A DNA stretch of 64,000 bases from the human T2T-CHM13v2.0 reference genome, Homo sapiens, in the NCBI RefSeq assembly GCF_009914755.1, contig NC_060941.1; one strand, written 5' to 3'. The position numbers and the translations under genes are program-made. The notes beneath the pieces were generated by a model. That model saw only the letters and a list, made by a program, of their open reading frames with translations, had not been told where the DNA came from and ran no database searches. Positions 39,270 through 58,693 of this stretch are shown piece after piece (the stretch's first letter is position 1; each line of letters opens with the position of its first letter).

Positions 39270-39897
39270 TTACTGGAAATTTCTATTGAAATATATCAAA
39301 ATTCTAATAGATTAAGAAAGAAATATCAAATTATTTTGAGATGTTACTGAGTTACAGGATAGAGACATTTGGTCACACTCAAAAGCAATATTTGCTTTGC
39401 CGCCACCTTTTTCTTCCCAAATGGAAAGAACTCACTGGTCTAGGAGGTAAATGTGAATAGTCCTTGCAAACTATTGCATTCGAATTAGAGGAGAGGAAAT
39501 GCATCTTCCCTATGGAGCGACTAGGAACCTGGGAGAAAGGGGCTAATAAGAGGATCGTGTGACTTAAATGTGATAGCAAAATTAGCGGGGACATGGGCTA
39601 ATTCTATGCATGATGATGGTTTTTAGAAAGCAGACCTCGGAGTCCTTGTCATTGAATTTAGATGGGAATTGGTGGGGGCGGGGATTGGCGGGGATTGGGG
39701 GAGAGGATTCCTGAATGGTGTGGCTCAGAAAGACTTTGAAGAAATCTTGGTATTTGATGACCCTTTTAATGACAGTGTGCCCTGGGAGTATGTTCTCTAA
39801 ACAAACAAGGAGAAATGGTCTACAGATCAGTATGGTTGAATGTTAATAGCTTTCTTAGCAAAAACATTGCTATCACAAACAATAAAATGTGTAGACT

Positions 39898-40216
<319 letters not shown>

Positions 40217-40370
40217 TCACCTCCTGGTAATCATGCTCTTTTGGTAAATACTTTTGCTGATAACTTTTGAGTATAGAAAAAGATACAATAATTATTGAAA
40301 CTAGAAAATCTATCTTGATAGCTTCAATGAATCACCCAAACACCTAAGGGATGTTGGGGGAAAAAAAATT

Positions 40371-40893
40371 GGTCAGGTGCAGTGGTGCACGCCTGTAATC
40401 TCAGCACTTTGGGAAGCTGAGGCAGGGTGGATCGCTTGAGCCCAGGAATTCAAGACCAGCCTGGGCAACATGGTGAAACCCCATCTCTATAAAAATACAA
40501 AAATACAAAAATTAGCTAAGGGGGGCAGGGGGAGAGAGAGCATCAGGATAAATAGCTAATGCATGGTGGGCTTAATACCTAGGTGATTGGTTGATAGGAG
40601 CAGCAAACCACCATGGCACACGTTTACTTATGTAACAAACCTGCACATCCTGCACATGTATCCTGGAACTTAAAATAAAATAAAAATTAGTCAGGTGTGG
40701 TGGCGCACATGTGTAATCCCAGCTATTCGGGTCAGGGGGCTGAGGTGGGAGGATCGCTTAAGTCCAGGAGTTTGAGGCTGCAGTGAGCCGAGATCGCACC
40801 ACTGCACTCCAGCCTAGGAAACAGAGCGAGACCTTGTCTCCCTGAAAAGTAAAAAAATAAAGAAAACAAAAGAAAGAAAGAAAAAAAGAAAAA
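40371..40893 (+). mobile_element. Old (J-like) Alu split by an L1 fragment
   Basis: Left arm 40371-40517, right arm resumes ~40690. Confidence 0.88.
40519..40688 (+). mobile_element. L1 (primate L1P) 3'-terminal fragment
   Basis: gcagcaaaccaccatggcacacgtttacttatgtaacaaacctgcacatcctgcacatgtatcctggaacttaaaataaaa. Confidence 0.88.
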
Positions 40894-42367
40894 ATTCAGT
40901 GAAAAACAAGTATTGAGCTAGCCCAGCTTTTCAGATAAGGAAGACTGGAGCAAGACATCCCACCAGCTTCAACGGGTCAAGCGGAGTCAGGTTAGGTGAC
41001 AAGGCACCACCCCCACTGAAACGAGTCTTTCTTTTTGCAAACTGCCTTGTTTTCAAGACGCTCAATTTGTTAAATGCATTCATCTGTCTACCTTTGTATA
41101 ACTTTTCACAGGAATCCATTGGTTCACAAAGCAGAAAATGATCAAGACCTGGCGGCCTGACTTGGGGGTCAAAAAATACGGTCACAAAGAGCAGAGTGCA
41201 GTGAGTAAGGGGCTCCATCCCCACCTTCTCTTCTACTCCAAGGTCAGAGAAGAGCCAGAGCAATTTGTAAGAGCACAGAGGTGTGAAAGGCAGGTGCCAG
41301 ACGCGGCCTGTCCAGGGAAGGAGGGGGAGGTAGGGTCGCTGTCTGCAGAGTGGATACTCGGAGAATGCCCTTGGGGACACCCTCAGCTGTAGAACAGATT
41401 CCCGAGGTCAAGACCAAGAAAGGCACCAGGGCCACCCAGGAAGGGAGTATGGGGCGCCATGGGGTGGCCTCGGGACTTCACCCATTTCCGCTCGCTCAGG
41501 CAGCCACCCACTTTGTGCAGGTCCAGCAGCTGCTCCAGCCGAACTTGGCTTATCTGTAACAGACCTGACCCTCCCCCACTCCATTCCCATCCCTTGAACT
41601 TTGACCTTTTCTCCCCAACAAAGGCCACCTGCTTTCCTTTCTCTCGCTGTCCCCAGGAGATGCCCTGCTCTGAATTTCCCTGTGAAAAGGCATCAACCTC
41701 AAACTCTACAAGACAATGGAGGGTCTTGCATACGCCTAGGGAGGCAGTTGTGCCTGGGAACATGGGGCTGGGCCTTTTCTCGGGGAGCCACGGCGGCACG
41801 AGGAAAGCAGGCACCCAAGGCAGCGGGCACTGGGGCCCCAAAGTGGAACCCAAGAGCAGGGTCTCTGCCCTCAGCAGCCCCCAGTCTGGGGGAGGGTGGG
41901 AAGAGGACACCGATAATCCCCGTTTTGATATTTTTTTGTGCCACATGATCGGCAGGAAAGGTGAGACAGACACAGGGCACAGGAGAGTTGGAGGCTGTGG
42001 GCAGCTGAGAACAGGAACTGCAAAGACCCCAGGCAAGAGGAAGCTCTGCCTTTTCCAGAAACTCATAAAAACTGAGAACCAGGGAGAGCAGGGAGGGAGA
42101 AAGGTGAGGTGGGGCAGACTGGCCTAGGCCGGCTTGGCAGAGCACTGTGGGCCACGGGAAAGTGGTGTTTTCTTTATCCCAAAGTGTCTGGATAAGCCAG
42201 GGAAGTGTGGCTCAATGGTTCAACACAGAGGCTCTGGAAATGGACGGCCCCGCCTCCTATGGAGAGTCTGTCATTCCTCTGTGCCTTGGTTTCCCCAAGT
42301 GTATAATGGAAGGAATGGCAATGCCTGTCTGGTGGGTTGTTGGGAGGATTAGACGAAGAAGTGATGC

Positions 42368-42636
42368 AGCTGAGCGTGGTGACTCACACCTGTAATCCCA
42401 GCATTTTGTGAGGCCGAGGTGGGCAGATCACTTGGGGTCAAGAGTTCAAGACCAGCCTGGCCAACATGGTGAAAACTCAACTCTATCAAAAAATACAAAA
42501 ATTAGCCAGGAATGGTGGCATGTGCCTGTAGTCCCAGCTACTCGGGAGGCTGAGGCAGGAAAATCGCTTGAACGGAGGAGGAGGTTGCAGTGAGCTACTG
42601 CACTCCAGTCTGGGCGACAGAGTGGGACCCCGTCTC

Positions 42637-42667
<31 letters not shown>

Positions 42668-42670
42668 GAA
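42368..42670 (+). mobile_element. Alu
   Basis: Alu consensus; TSD aagaagtgatgcag. Confidence 0.93.
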
Positions 42671-43265
42671 GTGATGCAGTAAAGCAGTTAGAACCCCCCT
42701 GATGCCCAGGGAATACCTGGTAAGGGTTAGACATCTTTAGAAAAAAAACAAAGAGAGCAACCTGGCCTAGGGCCCTGCTCCCCTGGCTGGGGAGGCCCTA
42801 CAAGTTATTCGGCTCTTAAAGATGCCCCTCCCTTCCCTATAAAGTGGGAATGAAACATGACAGATTTAAGGTGAGGTTTGAATGGAAATAGTCTAGCCAG
42901 TACATTTAGTTTCTGAAAGATGTAAGTGCTCAGCTTTCTGGCACAAATGGCTTCCCAAGGCCCGTAAAGGTCTTGGCGCACATTTAATCTTTTCACTGCT
43001 CATTGCAAGTCTTCAGCTAGGGGTAGCGGCTGCAGCCAGGTGACCCCTGGTGAGTCTCCATCAGAATGTGCCCACTCCCATGCTCAAGTCTTGCTGTGAT
43101 GACAGTGGGGACTTCTAGGTACTTGCAAATGGTCACGTGTTCTTTGAATTCAGGAGCCCTGAACCCTGTACAGCATCACAGCCCCCAGCTTTGCTAGGTG
43201 CCCCCATCACCACTACCCTCCAGGCCTTCCTCTGGTGCCAAACGCTGCATTGATGTGTTCTATAA

Positions 43266-43684
<419 letters not shown>

Positions 43685-43768
43685 TGAACCTCTCTCGAAG
43701 TATTTGCTACCACGTGTCTGCATGCAGCCCGGGCGAGGCTGTTTGTATTGCATATATGAGGTGCTGGG

Positions 43769-44058
43769 TTTTTCTTTCTTTCTTTTTTTTTTTTTTTTGA
43801 GACGGAGTCTCACTGTCGCCTAGGCTGGAGTGCAGTGGTGCGATCTCGGCTCACTGCAAGCTCCGCCTCCCGGGTTCATAGCATTCTCCTGCCTCAGCCT
43901 CCCCAGTAGCTGGGACTACAGGTGCCCACCACCACGGCTGGCTAATTTTTTTGTATTTTTTAGTACAGACAGGGTTGCACCGTGTTAGCCAGGCTGGTCT
44001 CGATCTCCTGACCTTGTGATCCACCTGCCTCGGCCTCCTAAAGTGCTGGGATTACAGG
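43769..44058 (-). mobile_element. Alu (Y-like, 5'-truncated)
   Basis: Alu consensus. Confidence 0.93.
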
Positions 44059-44182
44059 GTGCTGGATGTTTTCTAAAGGTGCTTGTCCAGACAGCCCAAC
44101 CAACATGAAGCCATGAAAGTTGCCAGGGCCAAGCCTTCCACTTGTTTTGTATCCAGCACCATGTAATATTAAGAAACAAGTG

Positions 44183-44507
<325 letters not shown>

Positions 44508-44605
44508 TTAATGAACAAGAAGTAACACCACACTATGGACTTTGGAGTCAGAAAGACAAATCAGATTTCAAATCCTGACCCCACACTGACTAGCTGAGAC
44601 CTTGA

Positions 44606-45395
<790 letters not shown>

Positions 45396-46141
45396 ATATA
45401 TGCAAGGTGCCCACCACAGTTGCTGGCACAGAGGGATCAGAACGTTTTGCTGGCGTTGTGGTTGGTGTTAGTATCTTCTTCGGAAGTGCTCTAATCCAAA
45501 AAGACCACCTTGGATACCTGGCCGGAGTAATCAGGCTGTCCTGTAAGAATGGCTGCTAGGCCAAGTCAGGCGCTCCCGTAGACCCTTGCAGACTGGCCTG
45601 GCACCAGCCACAGGGAATCCACTGCCCGGCCCTCAAAGGGAAGGTGGACCAGCAACACAGCTCAGCTCCTTGGCGCCATCTTCCCTCACAAAAGAGCGGC
45701 ACTGTCTGAACCCTCAGGGCCAAGGAGCAGTAAAAGGCCGTAAAGGCGGAGGGAGGAGCCGCCATAAACTGGAGGCAGAGTCCTTAGCAATTTCCTTTCT
45801 GATAAGGGCTTCAATGGTTTGGAGGAGACCTACTGTGATTCTCTAATCTGGGCTCACGTGCCCTGGATGTTTGAATCCTTGGGTCAGAGTGCACAAAGGG
45901 AAGATCAAGGAGGAGAAACCGTCAGAGGGGACAGGAAAGGACAGGAGGGGGCATCCGACGAAGGCCAAGAGGCAAGCTACAGAAGGGGCCGTGGAATAAC
46001 ACCAAAAGGGTGGCTCGGGCGAAGGCCACTTCCTGCACGCCAGGCCCCTGTGAAGGGATCACCTCATTCGCTCTCCCACCCAACTGAGAGTGAGACGGCC
46101 CCCCATTACCAACCTATTTTTCAGGAGACCCAGGTTAGAGG

Positions 46142-46318
46142 CAGGATCTGCTACATCATGTGCAGGGTACAGTGCAAAATGCAAATGTCGGCCCCCTTTT
46201 GCACAATTTGTTAGGAATTTCAAGATGGCAACCACAGAAGGTTAAAGCTAGTGGGCGGCCTTCTGAGCGCGGGGCCCTGTGTGACTGCACGGATCTCATG
46301 TCCATGAAGCTGGCCCTG
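46142..46318 (-). mobile_element. MER45-like hAT non-autonomous DNA transposon, apparently full length
   Basis: Reverse strand starts CAGGGCCAGCTTCATGG...GTGCAGTCACACAGGGCCCCGCGCTCAGAAGG; imperfect TIRs; 8-bp flanks gttagagg/tctagagg. Confidence 0.7.
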
Positions 46319-46791
46319 TCTAGAGGGGTTGAGACGCTTGACAAAGGTCACATGATAGTAAGAAGCGGTGGCTCTGATGTAAACACAGTGCAGTGGGATA
46401 GGACAAAGCCCCGGGTGGGTCTTTAAGTTCTTCCCATCCTTTCTACAAGATGGACAGTGCTCAGAAAGGGTAAGGGAGCTGTTGAGGGTCACACAGCTCC
46501 CTGAGAGGTGGGTTCTTCCAGTAAGGCAGGGAATTCAAGATGGGCCATTGTCTTGGAAGATGTCAGTCTCTACTTGCTTAGACAAGCAAAACACACACCC
46601 AAAACACACCCAAACCAGGACACCAGCAGCCTGGAAATGCCAGACAAGAAAATGGAAGAAAATATATAATGAGGCCAGGCATGGTGGCTCATGCCTGTAA
46701 TCCCATCACTTTCACACCCAAAACACGCCTAAACTAGGACACCAGCAGCCTGGAAATACCAGACAAGAAAGTGGAAGAAAATATATAATGA

Positions 46792-47232
<441 letters not shown>

Positions 47233-48317
47233 CTAGCATTTCCATCCCCTTAGACACCCTGCTAGGACAGTGGTAGTGGCCAGGGCTGGAAGGAGCTGCT
47301 GCATAAATGTCCTCCAGGATGGAAGTGTGGACTCCACCACCAGGAACTCACCTGCCTTGGGCCCAGGGCACAGGTCTGCCTGTCTTGTACCCTCTTTTGC
47401 AGACAGGCGTTTCCTTAAACCCCTGGTCCCGTGTTAGCTTTTCCTTCTCTGAGTAACAAGCATCAGTGTTCGTAGGCCCCCAACTCTGAAGGCAGCTAGT
47501 CCGAGCTGCTGTTTTTAAGAGCAGAGCCATCAAACTAAAGTGGCATTTTTATTAATTTTCCGGTTGACTACATGTTCTTATCAATTAAATGGACAGCCAG
47601 GAGGGTTAGTGGTGAGAGTCCAGGTTGGGCTCAGAGGCCTACATTCCAGTGCTGGCTCCAGCTCCTTCTGTGACCTCAGACACTCTGGACTGCCAGAGGT
47701 CCTCATCTACCCAAGGAGGGGCTTGAACATCAGCCTCTGCCTCCAAGACTCTTATATTAGCAGCTCTCCTATCCCCATTCTTCTTCCTCACTGCATATCT
47801 TAGCCTGGGAGGCAGCTCAGCCTCACCTCCAAGGTGGACAGACTCATCGGAGCAAAGACTTCAGAAGGCACCCACTCACTCTTCCTCCCTTTTCACAGCC
47901 TGGGTTGTCGTTGGCCTCCTTGGAGGCTGGCAGGGAGAGGAGAGATCCTGGTCTGGGCCTTGAGTCTAGCTCTCAGGTACAGCATTCAAGGACAACAGCA
48001 AGGATATAGGCAGATGCTAAGAGGTTGGGACCAACCAATGTATTCCCGCTATCCCTGTGGCCTCTTCCAAAAAGCCATCATACCTCCGCTTCAAGCGAAA
48101 GAGCCAGGTTTCCTAAACACTCCTAGAGTTAGTGGAGTCTAAGATGTCATCCTGTAGATTCCTGAAACCATTCCAAGCATGTGGGGTCATGTATAATCAT
48201 AGGAATTAGGAAATAACATTTATGCCTATAGGGGATTAAGAAAACCATGGCCCCACATGGGAACATTATATAGTCATTGAAATGGTAATGGCGTTGTAAT
48301 GATATTGGAAATGCTTA

Positions 48318-48779
<462 letters not shown>

Positions 48780-49332
48780 TTAGTATGTTTCTGTTGCTGG
48801 CCACCCCAGCCCCTTCCTGAAGCCAGGCCTGGCTGGCTATTTTTTGTACCATGTGACCCCCACCCACTTCCCCCTTCCGCCTTCGCAGGCACCGCTGACT
48901 GGGATGTCACTTGTGGGTAGCCAGCTATAGGCAGGCCAACACCATGTGACTTGAGTAATCTGGCCTAGAATGATGAGCTGAGTTATTTGTTCAGCTTTCT
49001 TCTTGAGCTCAGAAATGTGAACTGGGAAACAAAGAAAAAATTTTGCTCCACTGGATTGAAGCCGTGGAGGGGACCAGAACACTGCTAGAGGAATGGCCAC
49101 CTTGGGCGAGGGGCTTGTTGAGGCTATGAGGGGGCAGGGGCCAGAGGCCAGCAGAGAAAGCCAAGTCCTGGGGACAGAGAAGTCAACAGCAGCCACCTTG
49201 GCCAATTCCCCCACAAGCAACGTTATTCTTGCAACACACCCACATTTTCCCTTCAGGTCAACTGAGAGGGTCTCTGGTCCTTGCAACTGAAAAATGTTAT
49301 CTTACACCTTCCAAAATTTCTATGGCTCTATA

Positions 49333-49978
<646 letters not shown>

Positions 49979-50281
49979 TAACTTTTAATAAAATAGAGAA
50001 CCACCAAAAAGGGAAATCCACAGCATGTCAGGTGACCCTGCCATTTTGGAATGCCTTCTTATACCCAGTCACATACTATAAATTCGCCTGGTCTTGTGTC
50101 TTTCAACCAGGGCTATAGAAGAGCTAGAGTTCTAGGCTGTTGGGACATTGTGCACCCCTGGATGTCCATCTGGGGCTTTGCCATTAGACAGTCTCAGCCA
50201 GGCCTGTTGGAAACAAACTGCCAGGGAAACTGGGCCTCGTCACCTTTGACAGGCACCTTGGCATTGCCTATCTTGTGCTGA

Positions 50282-50930
<649 letters not shown>

Positions 50931-51142
50931 CACACACTTCTTCCCTTGAAGTTTCTGTTCTTCACACTTCCTGCTATCTCAGGCTCTTGGCCAGATCTGC
51001 GGACTTGAAAGGCACAGCAGAATGGCCTCAAATGTTCTTCCTCCTGGATAAAATGCACACAACCACGCTTACCTGTCTATTAGCGGACTTTCTTCCTATT
51101 TGCCTGAAATGTGGATTGCTGAACAGAAGAGGCCCAGGATGA

Positions 51143-51486
<344 letters not shown>

Positions 51487-51599
51487 ATCTTCTTAAAGTC
51501 TAGCTTAGCGCACCCACCAAGCCTAGTGCACCCACCACCATCTCCCTCCAGGCAGACAGGTTTGATGCATCCCAAAGAAAACTGGCTTTGGTGACCTCA

Positions 51600-52275
<676 letters not shown>

Positions 52276-54573
52276 TAGCTTGAGCAAATTTCTCACCCTT
52301 CCTGGGCTTCACTTTTCCCAGTTGCAAAATGGGAATAAGCCGTTCTGTTACGGGAAGGATAAAAGGAGAAATGGACATAAAGGTCCATGCATACCGCAAG
52401 TGACTTTCTTCATCTTAGGGAGTCAGACTGTGGCTGCCTTCCCCTCCCGCTCCCCTCTGGCTTCCTCCTGGGAATATGTCCCTCCCAGGAGGCTGGTGGG
52501 GGCTGGGCAGTCACCCCAGGCTAGGGGGGCATCCACCTTGCAAACCCTTCCATAGCAGACTGACTGCTTGCTTTGCAGACTGTCAATGGGCAGCGCAGTC
52601 CGGGCCCAGGGAAGGGCTAGTGGCAGCTGCAGCTCTGCGACCAGGCTTGGAAACACGTGTCAAACCCAATTCCAACCAGATGAGGCTGGCCTGCTTCCAA
52701 TGGCCGCTTTCCATCCAAGGTCTGGCCAAGGGGAGCTTTGCCCAGATCCCCTCCACAGGCAGCCCAGGCAGCAAGTCCTATTTGTTCCCCTGAGTCCTCG
52801 GGTCCAGACTGACAAGCTCACCTCTCTATTCCGGAGGCTCTGTTCAGAAGGTCCAAGCCATGAGTCATGCAGCCCTGCACTGCTGGGGAAGGTGGGAAGG
52901 GTAGGTGCAGGCTCCAGGGCACACAGCAACTGGAAGAAGCCATCTGCCCATCCTGTAGGTATGGTCCTCTCCCTGACAAGGCTGGTCCTCTCCCTGACAG
53001 GCAGGGGAAGGAGCTGGGTAAAAGAAGAGGACGAAGAGATGCTCTCCAACCACCACAACATGGGGCAAACATAGGCCTCCTCCAGCGAAGGGAAATATCC
53101 CATATGCAGCAGATGGGCCTGAGGCAGGTGGCCAGAGAGCCAGTGACTTCTCTTTTTGCTGCTTAGAAATGGTGGCTGAAAAAAACACACATGCCACCAC
53201 CACCCAAAAAAACTAGAGAATGCAGCATACCAGCAAAGAGTCACAGAAGGAAAGGAAATCCAAATGTTTTGAGTTTAGCTATTAAGCATAGTTTCCAGCG
53301 AGTGTACTCATGTCTTGAAATGAAACAGATGAAAGCAACATGTGTCAATGGTTGTAGGAAGGCAATAATGTCATCAACAGGAAATAAAGAAATTGAACAC
53401 TGAAGCCTCAGCCCAGAACTTAACTCTTCTCTTGCCCAGGTCCCCAAGGCTTTCTGCATGAAGACTGAGGACACTTCCTGCAAGACTAGGTCACTGCCTC
53501 TCTCCACCTGCCTGGAAGGTCCTTGAGGCACCTGCAAGGATCACGAGCACCTGAGAAGGACTTGCTTTGTTTCTTAAGGGATGTGGCCTTGGAAGAAAGG
53601 GAACCCCAAGGGACCCTGGACCAGCTGAAGAGGAAGCTGCACAGCCTCTCTCTCCATGAAGAGGCTACAAAGCCTTGGCTGTGGGATCACAGTTCCTGGC
53701 AGGGACAGTGCTGGCTGCTGGAAGAGCCAGCAAAGCCAAGGCCAACGTGCTGGCACTAAAAGGGCTGGTGGCGCCACCAGGAAGTCCCGCAGGCCCCAGG
53801 AGGCTCTGATTGCTGCTCAGGGCCCAGAAGCTAGGAGATCCCTTCTTAGCCAACCCCCCAACCCGAGGCAGAATGCAGAGCGCATACACGGGCCCCTCTG
53901 GCCGATCCAAGAGAACCTCAGGAAGAGCAGGGACTTTGGGCCTTGGAAGGTGAGGCTAACGTTCACATGCCTTGAGAGTGGCCGGGATGACTCTTGCAGG
54001 CCAGTCTCGCTGGTTGCTTTTATCTCTGATGAATCCACCCTATTTGGCTTTGGGGGTGCCTGACTCACTGTTGACATTGTATGTCACTTGCAAACAATTC
54101 ATAAAACTTAAATATCAAACAGATCACACTGGATCAAATAGATCAAACAGATCAAGTGGGATCTTGGAGTGAGAGCATTCATGAGTTCAGTTTCAGACCT
54201 GGCCTTAGAGCTTTTAGGTCCAGGGGTGCTAGACAGCACCATGGGCTGCACCTGTTCTCTGCATCAGAGTCCTGGGGGAGGTCTACACAAAGCCGGATTC
54301 CAGAGCTTTTCTCTGGAGACTCAGGAGGTCAGGCTGAGGGGTCAGCAGCTTAGCCCAGTGATTTTTAGACCACCCTGGATCAAGATAGCCTAAAACAATG
54401 GATGTAATTGTCATTACATACAGGTAAAATTAATGGACAGAAATGCCTCAATTCTTTCTCCCATAATTAAGAAAAACCAACCCTAAAAAATATTTGGTAG
54501 GTCTTGACACTGAATTCTAGAACAGGATCTTTGGTATTTGCCCAGAAATGTACATTTGGGTTTACTGTACCCA

Positions 54574-55261
<688 letters not shown>

Positions 55262-55923
55262 CCATGTTTCATGGAGCTCCTCTGGGAGCATCACCAGGTT
55301 GTTCTGACCCACATGTCAGGTGCCTGCCAGGTGGGCACTGGCTTAGACTCGGGGGCAGTGTCAGCAATGGTCAGACCCGGACTTTTGCTCTTCAGGAGCT
55401 CTCATTGTGTGAGAGATCAACATAGAAACAGGGTAACGACCAAGGTGGAGATGTACCCAGGGTGCTAGGGGAGCAAAAGGGGGCACTGAGTCTACTTTAC
55501 AGGAGATGACAAGGGGTAAAATCAGCTCAAGGAAACTGAGAAGGGCAAACCTGGAAGATGGAACAGCATGAGCACAGGCTCTGAAGCTCGACGCAGCCTT
55601 GGGAGAGGGGATGGCTCCCTGTGGAGCCGGACAGTACGTAACCCACAGGGGGCTGTCTGGAGTGGAAGTTGTTGTGGCCAGATCAAGGAGAAACCCAGGG
55701 CTCTGCTAGGAGTATGGCCTTGACTTCGCAGATAAATTGTCTTAAACTGGGTAGTGGAGGAGCTACGTAACCTGAGCTGGGTTTTAGAAAGCTCCCTGTT
55801 GTGGGCGTGTTGGGGCTGGATGTAATGAGAGGTAGGATTCAGGCAGCAGGGACCCCATGGGAGTCCATTACACGAATGTAAGCGATCATATTTGTTTAGA
55901 TATTCACATTTTATTTCAGCAAC

Positions 55924-56392
55924 TGTCTTAGATAGGGCTCCCCAGAAACTGACTCTGTGAGGGGAATGCATGTGAATTACTAGGAAAACTGTAAGGAAAA
56001 TCCTGCAGGGGAGCGAGGGAATGGAAGGGAAGGAAGCCAAGCAAGGCTGTGACACCGAGCAGTGTCCACAGAGGGGGGACTTTGGTTCCACCCATGGGGA
56101 AATCTGGAGACAGCGTAGCCCACTGCTCACCACTGTTCTGGCTTGGGGACAAGGGAGCTGGAGGATTTATACCCCAGCATCTGTCCACCACTAGTTAAGG
56201 GCTGGGAGGAGATTAAAGGTATGCAGACACTTGCTGCTCTCCCAGTTGCCAGCAAAACACATTCTAGAAGCTTCCACCAGAGAGGCAGCAGGAAACGCTG
56301 CGAGTGAAGCAGGAAGAAGCTGGTCTCCAGGGTGGGGTGGGGGTGGGGAGAGAGGGGGTTGGAGAGCAGAGCACTGAGGGCATCTGGTGCCA
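55924..56392. mobile_element. Possible old ERVL-class LTR
   Basis: Begins tgtcttagatagggctccccagaaa, resembling LTR16/LTR33-type ends; family not resolved. Confidence 0.35.
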
Positions 56393-58391
56393 TGTGAGGC
56401 TGCCCAGGGACTTCCAGTGCATCTCATGACTAGCCAGGGCCAGCCAGGAATTCCTGCTTGGGAAGTACTTAGTATGGTTCAAATCTAGAATGTCGAGGAA
56501 AGCCCAAAACAGGACAGCCGCATCAGCTCCTTTTCCGGGATTATGGGGACTTTATAACTCGAAAAAATTTTTTCCAGCTGGGAGTGGACAAGGGATTTGG
56601 CAAGCAAGGAATGACCCCATACTGACCTCACCAGCTAACCGAGAACCACATCAGTGGCTACAATAGGGCTTTGCTGCAAGAATCGGGGCCCATCCAAGGG
56701 CTGCCACTGACTGGTTAACTAATGTGGGGAAGGCCAAGTTCCCATCCATCGGTTACTCAGTGCTCTTTATCTCCACAATCACAACGACTCTACCTGCCCT
56801 ACTCATCTCTAAGATGGTTATAAAGATAAAAATGGGATTCCAGCTTGGGCAAGTTTTCCAAGAATGTTCAAGGCTTGTTGTAAGTCCATAGTATATGCCA
56901 CTTCTGAAATGCTGAGTAATGTCAGACAAGGGCCAGCAGGGAGAAAAGTGACATTTACTGAATGTCCCCTACAGGTTGGCGGCTGCCTTTGCAAGCTTCA
57001 TGCAGGTGATGAGAAGGTGCATAAGGAGAACTTTGACCTTCAAGGCTGGATACTGACAGAAACCTTGGTCTGTCCCTGTGGCTGCAGCTATCACTAAGGC
57101 ATGTGGTCTCCACCCAAAATGCAATTAATCACTGAGCACGGGCGTTACCTCTTCAGACTTGTGAATAAACAGAGATCAAAGACAGCCAGTCAATGAGACT
57201 CTGATAGGCCTTTAACCAGGCCCGGTGCCAGCTCGCTGGCCGCCCGCACTCCTGATCCAGCCAGACACACTCAGCCACCCATATGTCAACTGCCTGTCCT
57301 GCCCCCCACCCTCCAGGGCCAGGCCAGCCTTCCACAGTGTCCCAGAACCATTGAGCTTCCAGGTTAACCTCTTCCCTGTTATAATGACGCACGGAAGTCA
57401 CCTTTCTCTTGGAAAACCAGGACTGTGGATGACATGGCTGGGACACCATCCCTTTCCCCCTTCCCCTTGACAGCCCACTGGGTCCTGTCACTGATAGACC
57501 CAAAAGCAGAGCATCTCCCTCTGAAACATTCAAATCTGTACCCTAGGCCCATTTACAAAGCTGACTTGTCTGGAGCCTCAAGACTGCAAGAAAACAACGA
57601 GACTCTGACTGTAACATCTGAACTGTCAGGGAACGCCTGTATAACCTCTGTCGGCCTCTCTGCCAGGCAGGGTTTATGCCCCACCTCACTGTGGGAACCC
57701 TGGTGCCCCAGATGTGGGGATGAGAGTGAGGGGGACGGGGAGTCTGTGCCATGCTCCAGGATGGCCAGGCTCTCCTGGCCACCCCCAGTGTCTACCTCAA
57801 AGTCCCCACCCCATTGCACAGCACGGGAACCTGTGCCCACAGCTCTACAGTGTGAGCTCTTTAAGGGCAAGGAAAAGATTCATTCACCTTTGCATTTCCA
57901 GAACTTCACCCAAAGCAGGGGCCCAGCACAGGTAGGTGTCTTTCATGCGGGACCCACCACACACCACCGGGAACACTGAGGATCTGAGAGCCTGTGGGAC
58001 TTGCCCAAGCTAAGCTGGTCAGTGAACGGCAGGGTCTGGACTTGAACACAAGTCTGTCTGACTTCAAAGTCTGGGCTTGTTCCAATACATTACACATATG
58101 TCTGAGCTAAGACATCTGGGTTTACAACATCATAAAAATCAAAGGTTGGCAATACGTTCCCAGCATCCAGTTTCACACATGGACCAGTTTTGTCCCAGAG
58201 CCAAGGACTGGCGACCCTGGCTTCAGGCACCCCTTTGCTGACAGGAGCTCTGGGGAAGACAGTGCAGAGGGCACTGTCCATGCAGCCTCTCTGGGGGCAA
58301 GGACAGGCCATACTACAGATGTTTTCAGTTACCACCAAGTTCTCTCTTCTCTAAGAGGATGTAGGCTGCCTTGTATAATATCTACATTAGT

Positions 58392-58693
<302 letters not shown>

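Noticed and set aside
41383-42145. Overlapping 222-227 aa ORFs
   Set aside because: No recognisable homology, splice structure or poly(A)/TSD signs of a retrocopy.
52568-53244. 168-194 aa ORFs
   Set aside because: No recognisable protein; includes a 21-bp tandem duplication (52962-53002); likely chance.
53765-53780. Perfect 16-bp palindrome CTGGTGGCGCCACCAG
   Set aside because: About one is expected by chance in 64 kb (64000/4^8).
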